Below, one piece after another: positions 17,528 through 26,153 of a DNA stretch of 64,000 nt. Below the pieces are notes generated by a model. It worked only from the letters and a program-made list of their open reading frames with translations, ran no database searches and was not told the DNA's origin. How positions within the stretch are numbered: position 1 is the stretch's first letter; each line of letters starts with the position of its first letter. This DNA is from an uncultured Dehalococcoidales bacterium (lineage in GTDB: Bacteria > Chloroflexota > Dehalococcoidia > Dehalococcoidales > E44-bin46), in NCBI GenBank assembly GCA_964419575.1, contig CAYQQD010000001.1:7403-71402 (forward strand), in the 5' to 3' direction. The translations under genes and the position numbers were made by a program.

Positions 17528-20500
17528 TTATGCCACTGCCAAGGCATTAATCTGGGCTATTAGCTCGTCATCGGTAAAGTGCCCCATGGTTATTGCCTGC
17601 TGCGGGCAACTAGCGGCACACAAACCACAACCGGTACACAGTGCCGCAATCGTCTCAGCCTTATTGACTCCGTTCACCGGCTTCAGCCGGATAGCCTCAA
17701 AGGCACAAACTGACTCACACAGCCCGCAGCCAATGCATTTTTCGGCATCAACAGAGGACACGATGCCCTCTACTGTGACATAGCCTTTGGATAATGGAAT
17801 TGAGGCTCGCCCGGCAGCCCCCATAGCTTGAGAAATTGATTCGTCTATCATCTGGGGAGAGTGAGCTATGCCGCACAGGAAAATACCTCGGGTGCTTGAA
17901 TCCGCCGGTCTAAGCTTCACATGGGCTTCCATCAAGAAACCATCCTCATTAACCGGAGTCTTCAGCAGCCTAGCTAGCTCATCAACTTTATTGGGGATGA
18001 TGCCGCTACTCAGTGCCACTAAGTCACAATCGATGGCTACTTTTTCACCCAGCATTAGCTCCAATACCGCTACATTGAGTTTGCCATTCTTTGAGGCAAC
18101 TTCTGGCTTATGGCTATCGTCATATCGGATAAACGTTACACCTTCAGCCCTTGCCGTGGTATAAAACTCCTCCCTAAACCCATAGGTCCTTACATCTTTA
18201 TACAGGACATATATATTTGCCGATGGATTTATTTCTTTTATCTTTAGGGCATTTTTGATAGCCTGGCTACAGCATACCCGGCTGCAATACGGTCTTTCCT
18301 GGTTACGGGAACCAACACACTGAATCATTACTACATCGTTTACAGCCTTCTCTTCCAAGGTATGTGTCGCCAGTTTGTGTTCTAATTCCTTCTGGGTTAC
18401 CACATTAGGGTGTTCCCCATACAGATATTCTTTCGGCTTATATTCTTGGCCGCCGGTGGCGACGATAATAACCCCGTGCTCCAAAGTCTCCTCTGCTTCT
18501 GACCTTCTTACCGTAGTCCTAAAATTGCCAATATAGCCGGTAATGTCTTTAATCTCAGCATTGAGATAAACCTCGATTAACCTGTGATGGTGCACCCTGT
18601 CTATGGTCTCTTTCAGAAGCTGCTGAACATCTTTCCCGTCCAAAGTCCAGTAAATATCCCGCAGGTTACCTCCAAGCTTATCGCTTTTCTCAACCAGAAA
18701 GCACATGAATCCTTGCTCAGCTAGCTTCAGGGCTGCTGTCATCCCAGCTATCCCTCCGCCGATAACCAGAGCCTTATTGACCACGCTCACACTGAGTTCA
18801 GTTAATGGCTGGATAAGCCTGGCTTTGGCTACCGCCATTTTAACTAATTCCTTAGCTTTCTCGGTAGCCAGCTCCGGTTGCCCTTTATGCACCCAGGAGC
18901 ACTGGTCTCGGATATTAGCCATCTCAAAGAGGTATTTGTTTAGCCCTCCCTGTCTAATGGTTTCCTGGAATAAGGGCTCGTGAGTTCGGGGGCTGCAAGC
19001 CGCCACGACCACTCGATTAAGGTCATGCTCCTTAATCCTCTCCTTTATCAGCTCTTGGGTGTCTTGAGAGCAGGCATAAAGATTAGCCTCAGCATAGACC
19101 ACGTCGGGGAGGCTAGCAGCATATTCCTTTACCCCGGGGACATCGACCACCCCACCAATATTGACGCCGCAATGGCAGACAAAAACTCCTATCCTCGGTG
19201 GCTCTCCTATTATATCCCTTTCTGGGGGATACTCCTTTTTCTTTATCAGGCTATTGCGGGCAGGGGAGAGTAGGGCGGCGGCTAAAGCAGTGGCAGCACT
19301 GGCTTGAGTTACTGTTTCCGGGATATCTTTTGGTCCGCTAAAGGCGCCACTGACAAATATACCTGGCTTAGAGGTCTCAACAGGCAAGAAACCATCAGTT
19401 TTACAGAACCCATATTTATTGAGTTCGATTCCCAGTCTACTAGCTAGCTCCTCAGCCCCTTTAGATGGCTCAAGCCCAACCGAGAGGACAACCAGGTCAA
19501 ATTCCTCCTTTATCAGCTTACCGTCCTCAGCCTCATACTTTATCCTCAGATTTTTTGTCTCTGGTATCTCCTCAATTACCGAGGGTCTACACCTGATAAA
19601 CCTGACCCCGTATTCATTCATTGCCCGCTCATAGTAGGCTTCAAAGCCTTTGCCAAAGGTCCGCATATCCATAAAGAAGATGGCGGTGTCTAGCGGGATA
19701 GGGCTGTGTTCCTTAGCCACTATTGCTTCTTTAATAGCATAAGGGCAACAGACTGAGGAGCAATAACTACTCTGTGGAGATTCCCCTCGTGAGCCAACAC
19801 ATTGTATCCAAGCAATCTTTTGGGCTTGTTGCCTGTCCGAAGGTCTTAGTAACTCACCTTGATACGGTCCAGAGGCACTTAGAATTCTTTCAAACTCAAT
19901 ACTGGTGACGACATTAGGGTATCTGCCATACCCATACTGCGGAACAAGGCTAGCTTCAAACTTGTTAAAGCCGGGACACAGGATGATTGACCCTACCTGT
20001 AGCTCAATAGTCTGATCGGTTTGGTTGAAATCGACAGCCTTAACCGAGCAGAACTTCTCGCAAGCTCGGCATTTACCCGTTTTAAAGTAAACACAAAGCT
20101 CCTTATCAATAACCGGCACATTGGGTATTGCCTGAGCATAAGGGATGTAGATGGCTTTTCTCTTGCCCAAGCCTTGGTCGAACTCGCTATCCGTTTTCCA
20201 CGGGCACTTCGTTTGGCAGATGCCACATCCGGTACACAGAGATTCGTTTACATACCTAGCTCGCTTGTTAACCCTGACCTTAAAGCTGCCCGGTTTCCCG
20301 CTAACATCCAAGATGTCGGCATAGGTTATGATGTCAACATTTAAATTCCGGCCACATTCCACCAGTTTTGGGGAGAGGATACATATGGAGCAGTCATTGG
20401 TGGGGAAGGTCTTGTCAAGTTGAGCCATCACCCCACCAATAGCCGGCGATTGCTCAACCAAATAGACATAGTACCCAGACTCGGCTAGGTCCAGGGCTGC

Positions 20501-20584
20501 CTGAATACCGCCAATACCCCCACCGACAACCAGTACCGCCCCGGTTTTATGGTTGACAGTCGGCTGGGCACTTGACTTCGCCAT
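17528..20584 (-). CDS. hdrA: giant HdrA-like flavoprotein, copy 2
   Basis: 1018 aa, collinear with copy 1. Same motifs: 'VVGGGIGGIQAALDLAESG', 'VIGGGIAGMTAALKLAEQG', 'FPTNDCSICILSPK', 'VFVCHCGVNI'. Confidence 0.85.
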   Translation of the reverse strand: MAKSSAQPTVNHKTGAVLVVGGGIGGIQAALDLAESGYYVYLVEQSPAIGGVMAQLDKTFPTNDCSICILSPKLVECGRNLNVDIITYADILDVSGKPGSFKVRVNKRARYVNESLCTGCGICQTKCPWKTDSEFDQGLGKRKAIYIPYAQAIPNVPVIDKELCVYFKTGKCRACEKFCSVKAVDFNQTDQTIELQVGSIILCPGFNKFEASLVPQYGYGRYPNVVTSIEFERILSASGPYQGELLRPSDRQQAQKIAWIQCVGSRGESPQSSYCSSVCCPYAIKEAIVAKEHSPIPLDTAIFFMDMRTFGKGFEAYYERAMNEYGVRFIRCRPSVIEEIPETKNLRIKYEAEDGKLIKEEFDLVVLSVGLEPSKGAEELASRLGIELNKYGFCKTDGFLPVETSKPGIFVSGAFSGPKDIPETVTQASAATALAAALLSPARNSLIKKKEYPPERDIIGEPPRIGVFVCHCGVNIGGVVDVPGVKEYAASLPDVVYAEANLYACSQDTQELIKERIKEHDLNRVVVAACSPRTHEPLFQETIRQGGLNKYLFEMANIRDQCSWVHKGQPELATEKAKELVKMAVAKARLIQPLTELSVSVVNKALVIGGGIAGMTAALKLAEQGFMCFLVEKSDKLGGNLRDIYWTLDGKDVQQLLKETIDRVHHHRLIEVYLNAEIKDITGYIGNFRTTVRRSEAEETLEHGVIIVATGGQEYKPKEYLYGEHPNVVTQKELEHKLATHTLEEKAVNDVVMIQCVGSRNQERPYCSRVCCSQAIKNALKIKEINPSANIYVLYKDVRTYGFREEFYTTARAEGVTFIRYDDSHKPEVASKNGKLNVAVLELMLGEKVAIDCDLVALSSGIIPNKVDELARLLKTPVNEDGFLMEAHVKLRPADSSTRGIFLCGIAHSPQMIDESISQAMGAAGRASIPLSKGYVTVEGIVSSVDAEKCIGCGLCESVCAFEAIRLKPVNGVNKAETIAALCTGCGLCAASCPQQAITMGHFTDDELIAQINALAVA
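19356..19611. repeat. 256-bp tract identical to 15542-15797 (inside hdrA copy 2)
   Basis: See the partner repeat. The shadow ORFs 15605-15820 and 19419-19634 give almost the same 71-aa translation. Confidence 0.9.
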
Positions 20585-20692
20585 TACATTCCCCCGAAAA
20601 GAATAAGGTGGGTAACATAGTTAATGCCAGAGTTGCTGGCAATGAGACCATCCCAGCTAGTTGTGGTATTCAGACCAAGTGGTGGTGCTCAA

Positions 20693-21433
20693 CTACTTCT
20701 CTGGTTTAGCTGGTTTAGGAATATTTGTTGGGTTTACTAATTCGGTTAGTTGCTGTGATTCCCAAGTCCGGTTATACCACGGGAAACCTATCAGCGGGGT
20801 AACGATCCCCCTCTGTCTCCTTGACCGTAAGATTATCTCGCAAGTTATCTCCGCCACTAGGGCACATAGCTCAGCACAGTATACAGACCACATTGAGAAA
20901 ACCTCGCCCGACCTAACCCGCTCTATCTGCATGAGGTCAAGACGGTCAACCGGAGCCAGGCGCTTGCCAAAATGGGCATCACACAAATCGCCACAGCGGA
21001 CATGACCATTAGTACGTTGGGCAAACCGTTCCATAAGTTCAAACACCCGTGCCTGGGCTAAAGTAAAATTGCTATGCCCTTTAGACCGAGGTCCGCCTTC
21101 CTCGGTAAAGTCCACCCGCCCGAACGCTAGACCAATAGCAGCGATTCCTCCCACTAGGGCACAGCAAATCTCGTTACCACCAAAACCTCCAGAGAGGGTG
21201 GTCATAAGCACTACCGACTCCCTCGTCCCCAGACCAAGATGAAGGGATAAGGGATATAAAACTGTCTGACCACAAATCCGATACTTAAGCTGTAACTCCC
21301 GCGAGTCCCGAACCACCCTCCTTATAATCGCCTCATCATCGGTTTCATCCCGACTCCAGAACTGCCAGTCCTTCCGGTGCTGTTCATCCTTGAAGACATC
21401 GGCTAAATGAGCCATTAGTTTCCCATATACCAT
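20693..21433 (-). CDS. C_GCAxxG_C_C family protein (putative redox-active)
   Basis: 246 aa. 'GGFGGNEICCALVGGIAAIG' fits the C-GCAxxG core, with further Cys pairs 'RCGDLC' and 'YCAELC'. Confidence 0.65.
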   Translation of the reverse strand: MVYGKLMAHLADVFKDEQHRKDWQFWSRDETDDEAIIRRVVRDSRELQLKYRICGQTVLYPLSLHLGLGTRESVVLMTTLSGGFGGNEICCALVGGIAAIGLAFGRVDFTEEGGPRSKGHSNFTLAQARVFELMERFAQRTNGHVRCGDLCDAHFGKRLAPVDRLDLMQIERVRSGEVFSMWSVYCAELCALVAEITCEIILRSRRQRGIVTPLIGFPWYNRTWESQQLTELVNPTNIPKPAKPEK

Positions 21434-21708
21434 TTGTCGATTCTCCTCCTAAGTTTTAATGCTATCGACCGTGAGTAGAAATTCCTTTCACTAGCCCTAT
21501 GCTGGTAACTAAATTGACAGCTTGAATTGTACTATACACAAAAGGGAAGCGTCAAACAATTTGATGGCGAGGGGAAGGGTCAGCGCAGTTTTGCTCTCCA
21601 GCACCGACTAGAGAGATGGCTGGAGTTTTGATACAATCGGTTGGAAGAAAAGGCGGGCGAGTATTTTGGTTCTAGATTAACAAAGAGGCTATAAAGGGAG
21701 GCACATAG

Positions 21709-22368
21709 ATGGAACTTGAGATCCTAGAGAGCTTGAAAAGAGCCGTCCTAGAATACGATACCGAAGCTGCAACCAGCTGGGCCAGAAGAGCCGTGGCGAC
21801 AAAGGTAAATCCAGTCAAGGCTCTGGATATCCTTACAGAGGCTATCAGACAGGTAGGTGACCGCTTTGGTAGAGGAGAACTCTGGCTTCCTGATTTAGTT
21901 GGGGCAGCTGATGCCATGCAAGCTGCTATGCCCATTCTAGAAGAAGAGCTTAAGAGAACAGGGGCGAAGCGAGAAACCCTGGGGGTTGCTGTCGTCGGGA
22001 CAGTTTTTGGGGACATCCATAGTATAGGGAAGTCTATGGTATGTACCATGCTCACTGCCGGCGGCTTTGAGGTGCATGACCTGGGTGTGAATATCAAGGC
22101 TGAGGAGTTCCTTGAGGCAGTAGAGAAATATCAAGCCGACATCTTGGCTATGTCAGCCCTCTTGACCACCACCGCCGTAGAGCAGAGAAAAGTTATTGAT
22201 GCCCTCAAGGAGAAAGGTATCAGGGAGAAGATAAAGGTCATGGTAGGTGGGGGCGCCATAACCGCAGAGTTTGCCAAAAGCATTGGGGCTGATGGATATG
22301 ACCCCACTGCTCCTGGTGCTGTGGAGCTAGCCAAGAGACTGGTTGGGAAAAGCAGTTGCTCTAGTTAG
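21709..22368 (+). CDS. corrinoid (B12-binding) protein, MtaC/MttC-like
   Basis: 219 aa. 'GDIHSIGK' (DxHxxG), 'MSALLTTT' (SxL) and 'VMVGGGA' (GG), plus an N-terminal helical cap domain. Confidence 0.85.
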   Translation: MELEILESLKRAVLEYDTEAATSWARRAVATKVNPVKALDILTEAIRQVGDRFGRGELWLPDLVGAADAMQAAMPILEEELKRTGAKRETLGVAVVGTVFGDIHSIGKSMVCTMLTAGGFEVHDLGVNIKAEEFLEAVEKYQADILAMSALLTTTAVEQRKVIDALKEKGIREKIKVMVGGGAITAEFAKSIGADGYDPTAPGAVELAKRLVGKSSCSS

Positions 22369-22715
22369 CTTGGTGGCGTTGGTCAGGCATATCGCAGCAT
22401 CGATGGCGGTAAAACCTGGTACGAAGCGCATAAGCCGCCTACCGGAGGGGCTATCTCCTGGATGAGTTGTGATCCCAACACCGATGATTGCTCACTTGTT
22501 TATTGCGTTTCCACTGATTTCTGGGATGTCCTTGTCCCTCGAGACATTGATGTTCCTGTCGCTCGGATGATGGTGGCAACACCTGGGAGCGTGTCCTTAC
22601 CTCAGGTCTGAAGCTACTGGTAGATGGCAGAGAAATTGAAGTCGGACCACACCTCAAGTGTCCAGTTTCAGGGGTTCACTCCAGGCACCCCAGAAGACAG
22701 AGCAAAAAAGAATAA
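22369..22715 (+). pseudogene. remnant of a BNR/Asp-box repeat protein with an internal frameshift and no start
   Basis: Two Asp-box motifs lie in different frames: 'SIDGGKTW' (frame of 22369, stop at 22609-22611) and 'SDDGGNTW' (frame of 22560, stop at 22713-22715). Confidence 0.5.
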
Positions 22716-22800
22716 GAATAAAATCTATATGTATTTTCAAGATAGACTTTAGAACAACAAAACACTGCCACTATTTTGGTAGAGCAGTCTTAATTGGTGT

Positions 22801-24009
22801 TTAAGGGACTCTTCTTTTACTATCGCCTTTAGGGTGCATCGGCAATGCTTGTATTGGGCAATCAGGAGCAAGGCACTTCTCGCATCGCATGCATTGTATT
22901 GCCGCAGAGTCATAGCCTTCTGTGTACGGGCAAACAGCTATGCATTGAGCACAGTATATGCCGTTATCCAGCCAAGCTTGCAGGCATTGTTCCGCTTGTA
23001 TGTACCATTTCTTAACACCAGGATTATTGTTTTCGTTATATCCCTTCATTTTTCTATCACTGAAGCTTATAGCGTGGGCAGGACATGCTTCGGCACAAAC
23101 CAAGCACTGGTTACAGAATTCTGTTAATCCGAAGTCGACAGGCTTATCAGTATTTAGCGGCATATCTGTCAGGACCTTGCATAGCCTGATGCAAGAACCG
23201 TAGTCGGTTGTTATCAGCATTCCATTTCTGCCAAGCTGACCCAGGCCTGCACTTATGGCTAAAGGTATGCTTAAAGCAGTGTCATTCATACATGGGATCG
23301 CATTATAGCCAAGACCTCGTATACACTCAGCCAGAGATATAGATGCTATGCCCATCTTGGAATATCCGAGGTCGGTTCCTGCACTTACACCTGCCCCCGG
23401 GCATTGCTGGATAAGGGCTTTATCCATTTCAACAGCCATCACTACTGCCTTATTTACTGAGTTGGGGATAACTAGAGTGCCGTTTCTTTCCAGTGGTACT
23501 TCGACATTGTCAAATATAAAGCGTTTTCCTACCTGTCTTTCGTAGACCCATCTTGCGTCAAGCTCGGCAACGCCAACAAGACAGGCGCCATATAGCTTGG
23601 CAGCATGTTTTATTGCAGGGGTAAGCTTATCCGGGTCAGTTTCTGTACGCCATTTACTCATTGGTTCTGGTACAAACAGGGGGCTCCACTTTAAAAACTG
23701 AGTATTGGCATTTTGGTCGCCATAACTTCCCAAGATGTAATTTAATGCGACTGCTCCAAACCCGACAGCGTAATCTATCCGTGATTTCCCAGGTGTGCTA
23801 AGTTGAACGTTTTTCATCATGTCTGGCCCTATGTGCGCCATGATAAAACCTGCTATATCCATAATGCCAGTTACAGGTTTACCAGAAAGCCTTTCAGTAA
23901 GTGTTACGAATCCCTCCTTAGACGAATCGAATCTTTTGTATATTTTATTGTCAACCTCGTACATTTCATCTAGAGATTTCCTAGTCTTAGGCTGTGCTAC
24001 TGTAGCCAT
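22801..24009 (-). CDS. rdhA: reductive dehalogenase homologue (RdhA-like) with no TAT signal and no adjacent rdhB
   Basis: 402 aa. 'YKRFD' N-terminal block, 'CNQCLVCAEACP', and an RdhA-type second cluster 'C-x10-CAQCIAVCP'. The N-terminus 'MATVAQPKTRKSLDE' lacks RRxFLK. GAGGAGG RBS. Confidence 0.8.
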   Translation of the reverse strand: MATVAQPKTRKSLDEMYEVDNKIYKRFDSSKEGFVTLTERLSGKPVTGIMDIAGFIMAHIGPDMMKNVQLSTPGKSRIDYAVGFGAVALNYILGSYGDQNANTQFLKWSPLFVPEPMSKWRTETDPDKLTPAIKHAAKLYGACLVGVAELDARWVYERQVGKRFIFDNVEVPLERNGTLVIPNSVNKAVVMAVEMDKALIQQCPGAGVSAGTDLGYSKMGIASISLAECIRGLGYNAIPCMNDTALSIPLAISAGLGQLGRNGMLITTDYGSCIRLCKVLTDMPLNTDKPVDFGLTEFCNQCLVCAEACPAHAISFSDRKMKGYNENNNPGVKKWYIQAEQCLQAWLDNGIYCAQCIAVCPYTEGYDSAAIQCMRCEKCLAPDCPIQALPMHPKGDSKRRVP

Positions 24010-24090
24010 TTCTTAAATTCAACCTCCTCAAAATTTAAATTATAGCGATAGTTGAATGTCATAGTGGGGTGCCCCCGATATTAGTACCAC

Positions 24091-24267
24091 TTAGAATGAG
24101 AGACTGCCCACTTTTTTCAAAGGTTGCTTAACTCCTTTTATCTGGTTCTCCTCGTAGTATCTCCTAGCAAACTCTGCCGGTGTCAGGTAATCCAGCGAGC
24201 TGTGTGGTCGGTAGTTATTATACTCTTGCCTAAAGGCTTCCACAATGGTCTGAACTAGCTCATACTC
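24091..24267 (-). mobile_element. 3' remnant (58 codons) of an rve-type (IS3/IS481-like) transposase
   Basis: My own translation gives 'TIVEAFRQEYNNYRPHSSLDYLTPAEFARRYYEEN...', the conserved C-terminal integrase-core tail. It is bounded upstream by an in-frame TAA and has no catalytic domain. Confidence 0.65.
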
Positions 24268-24579
24268 TTAGGAAAAAGTACCAAGTTAGACATTACAGGT
24301 GAAACGATTGACAGTGAAGTTGATGATTCAGTATTGATAGTAAGTCAGAGGTAACGAAACGCCCTTTTGTGGAATGACAGCTGTGCCGGGTAGTTCTAAG
24401 ACTTTGCTCGGGAGGCATAGGCTTCCTTCGGCAGTATAGCATTTTACTTGAGCCCCAACGATAACCGCGCTTTGTCCTTTTATATTTAAATCTAGACGAA
24501 AGCGAGTGATTACCTCTGCAAATCCCCCTGGCTGGGGGAAGTATTACCAAGTTTAGTCAGCTAGAACCTGCAAAGACTA

Positions 24580-24608
24580 TTGACAAACTTCCCATTTTAT
24601 GCTATTGT
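24580..24608 (+). promoter_or_regulatory. candidate sigma70-type promoter of the Rrf2-led array
   Basis: TTGACA (24580-24585), 17-nt spacer, TATTGT (24603-24608), about 40 nt upstream of the ATG at 24651. Confidence 0.35.
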
Positions 24609-24650
24609 TGAGTAAAAGAATCAACTTAGTCAACAAAGGAGGACAGCTTA

Positions 24651-25091
24651 ATGAAGCTCTCTACCAGAGGACGATATGGAACCAGGATGCTCTTGGATTT
24701 GGCTCTCCAACACGATAGACCGGTTGCACTAAAAGATATAGCTCAAAGGCAGCAGATTTCACTACCGTACCTAGAGCGGCTAATAGCTCCTCTCATAGCC
24801 GGAGGCATAATACGGAGCGCTCGTGGCGTAAGGGGTGGCGTTTGGCTAGCCCAGCCTCCTGAGCAGATAAAGCTGAGCACAGTCATTCAACTTCTTGAGG
24901 GTTCAGTTGCTCCGGTAGAGTGTGTTAATGATCCAGCGATATGCTCCCGCTCCGAATTATGTGTCACCCGGGACATCTGGACTAAGATCAAAAGGGCGAT
25001 AAACGAGGTCTTGGAGTCTACGACCTTGCAGGATTTGGTCGAGGAGCAAAAGAGAAAAGAACGACATGAACAGGTGACATACTACATATAG
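24651..25091 (+). CDS. Rrf2-family transcriptional regulator (IscR-like, likely cluster-ligating)
   Basis: 146 aa. 'MKLSTRGRYGTRMLLDLA' wHTH, with three Cys in 'CVNDPAICSRSELC'. Confidence 0.85.
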   Translation: MKLSTRGRYGTRMLLDLALQHDRPVALKDIAQRQQISLPYLERLIAPLIAGGIIRSARGVRGGVWLAQPPEQIKLSTVIQLLEGSVAPVECVNDPAICSRSELCVTRDIWTKIKRAINEVLESTTLQDLVEEQKRKERHEQVTYYI

Positions 25092-25142
25092 GTTTACTAG
25101 ATTAATAGCTCGGATGGAGTATGTAGAGGGGGAATAACTTCT

Positions 25143-26153
25143 ATGATTGAGAGGTATTCAAGGCAGACCCTTTTTGAGGGTATAGGTCAAGGAGGGCAAA
25201 GGAAACTAGGCAATAGTTGTGTGGCGATAATTGGCTGCGGTGCCTTGGGAACAATTATTGCTACTTCGCTAGTGCGTGCCGGTGTGGGTAAGGTCAGGAT
25301 TATAGACCGAGATTTTATAGAATACCACAATCTGCAGCGGCAAGTCCTTTTTGACGAAGATGATATACGGAATGGGCTGCCGAAGGCAATAGCCGCCGAG
25401 CGGCATCTAAGGAAGGTAAACTCCTCGGTCGAAATTGAAGGCATAGTCGCCGATGTGAACTTTACCAACGTTGAAAGGTTCATCACTGGCGCAGACCTAA
25501 TCCTGGATGGATTGGACAATTTTGAAACTCGTTTTCTTATTAATGATGTCTCGCTAAAGCATGGAATCCCGTGGGTCTATGGTGGAGCTATCTCTTCTTC
25601 TGGAATGACGATGAACATAATCCCGGGCGAAACTCCTTGCTTCCGGTGCTTCTGCTCTACCGCACCAGCTGCAGGAGTAATGCCTACTTGCGATACCGCC
25701 GGGGTAATCGGTCCTGTCCCTTTCATTATCGGTTCTCTTCAAGCCGCTGAGGCACTGAAGATACTGGTTGGAGCTAAAGAAATTAATCGGCGGCTTATAT
25801 GTATTGATGTTTGGACAGGGAGCTTTGAAAAGCTTGAAATAACTCCTTACCACGATTGCCCCGCCTGCTTGGGAAGATACGAGTTTCTGGAGGGAAAATT
25901 TGGAGTAAGAACCACTTCACTTTGTGGTCAAAATGCGGTGCAGGTGCTAAATCCCGAGATAGAAAGGCTCTCTTTCAAGGAGCTTGAAAGTCGGCTTAAG
26001 GTGGTGGGGGAGGTTACCTATAACGAGTTCATGCTACTTTTCAGGGTTGATGGTCGAGAAATGGTTATCTTTCCTGACGGAAGGGCTATCGTTAAAAACA
26101 CCAATGACGAGTCACTAGCACGGGGGCTCTATGCCAAATACATTGGAACATGA
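25143..26153 (+). CDS. ThiF/MoeB/HesA-type E1-like adenylyltransferase with a ~90-aa C-terminal extension
   Basis: 336 aa. 'IIGCGALGT' loop, 'YSRQ' start and two CxxC pairs ('CFRCF', 'CPAC'). The tail is unassigned. Confidence 0.8.
   Translation: MIERYSRQTLFEGIGQGGQRKLGNSCVAIIGCGALGTIIATSLVRAGVGKVRIIDRDFIEYHNLQRQVLFDEDDIRNGLPKAIAAERHLRKVNSSVEIEGIVADVNFTNVERFITGADLILDGLDNFETRFLINDVSLKHGIPWVYGGAISSSGMTMNIIPGETPCFRCFCSTAPAAGVMPTCDTAGVIGPVPFIIGSLQAAEALKILVGAKEINRRLICIDVWTGSFEKLEITPYHDCPACLGRYEFLEGKFGVRTTSLCGQNAVQVLNPEIERLSFKELESRLKVVGEVTYNEFMLLFRVDGREMVIFPDGRAIVKNTNDESLARGLYAKYIGT

Noticed and set aside
13708-20584. Selenocysteine (in-frame TGA) recoding in HdrA/MvhD, as occurs in some anaerobes.
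   Set aside because: All four ORFs are uninterrupted and carry Cys at the conserved positions. No split ORFs or SECIS-like need was seen.
21434-21708. Possible cobalamin riboswitch upstream of the corrinoid-protein gene. An 'AAGGGAAGC' string caught my eye.
   Set aside because: There is no B12 box (AGYCMGGAGACCKGCC-like), no GGTGAAAATCC-type element, and no convincing surrounding helices.
21709-22800. Pyrrolysine (in-frame TAG) methylamine methyltransferase associated with the corrinoid protein.
   Set aside because: No MttB/MtbB/MtmB-like frame exists on either strand near the corrinoid gene. The downstream open frames are BNR/Asp-box fragments.
24293-24550. 85-aa minus-strand ORF in the gap between the transposase remnant and the Rrf2 promoter.
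   Set aside because: It is Arg/Ser/His-rich nonsense-like sequence with no RBS and no motif. The region looks like non-coding debris, and I could not fold it into a known RNA either.
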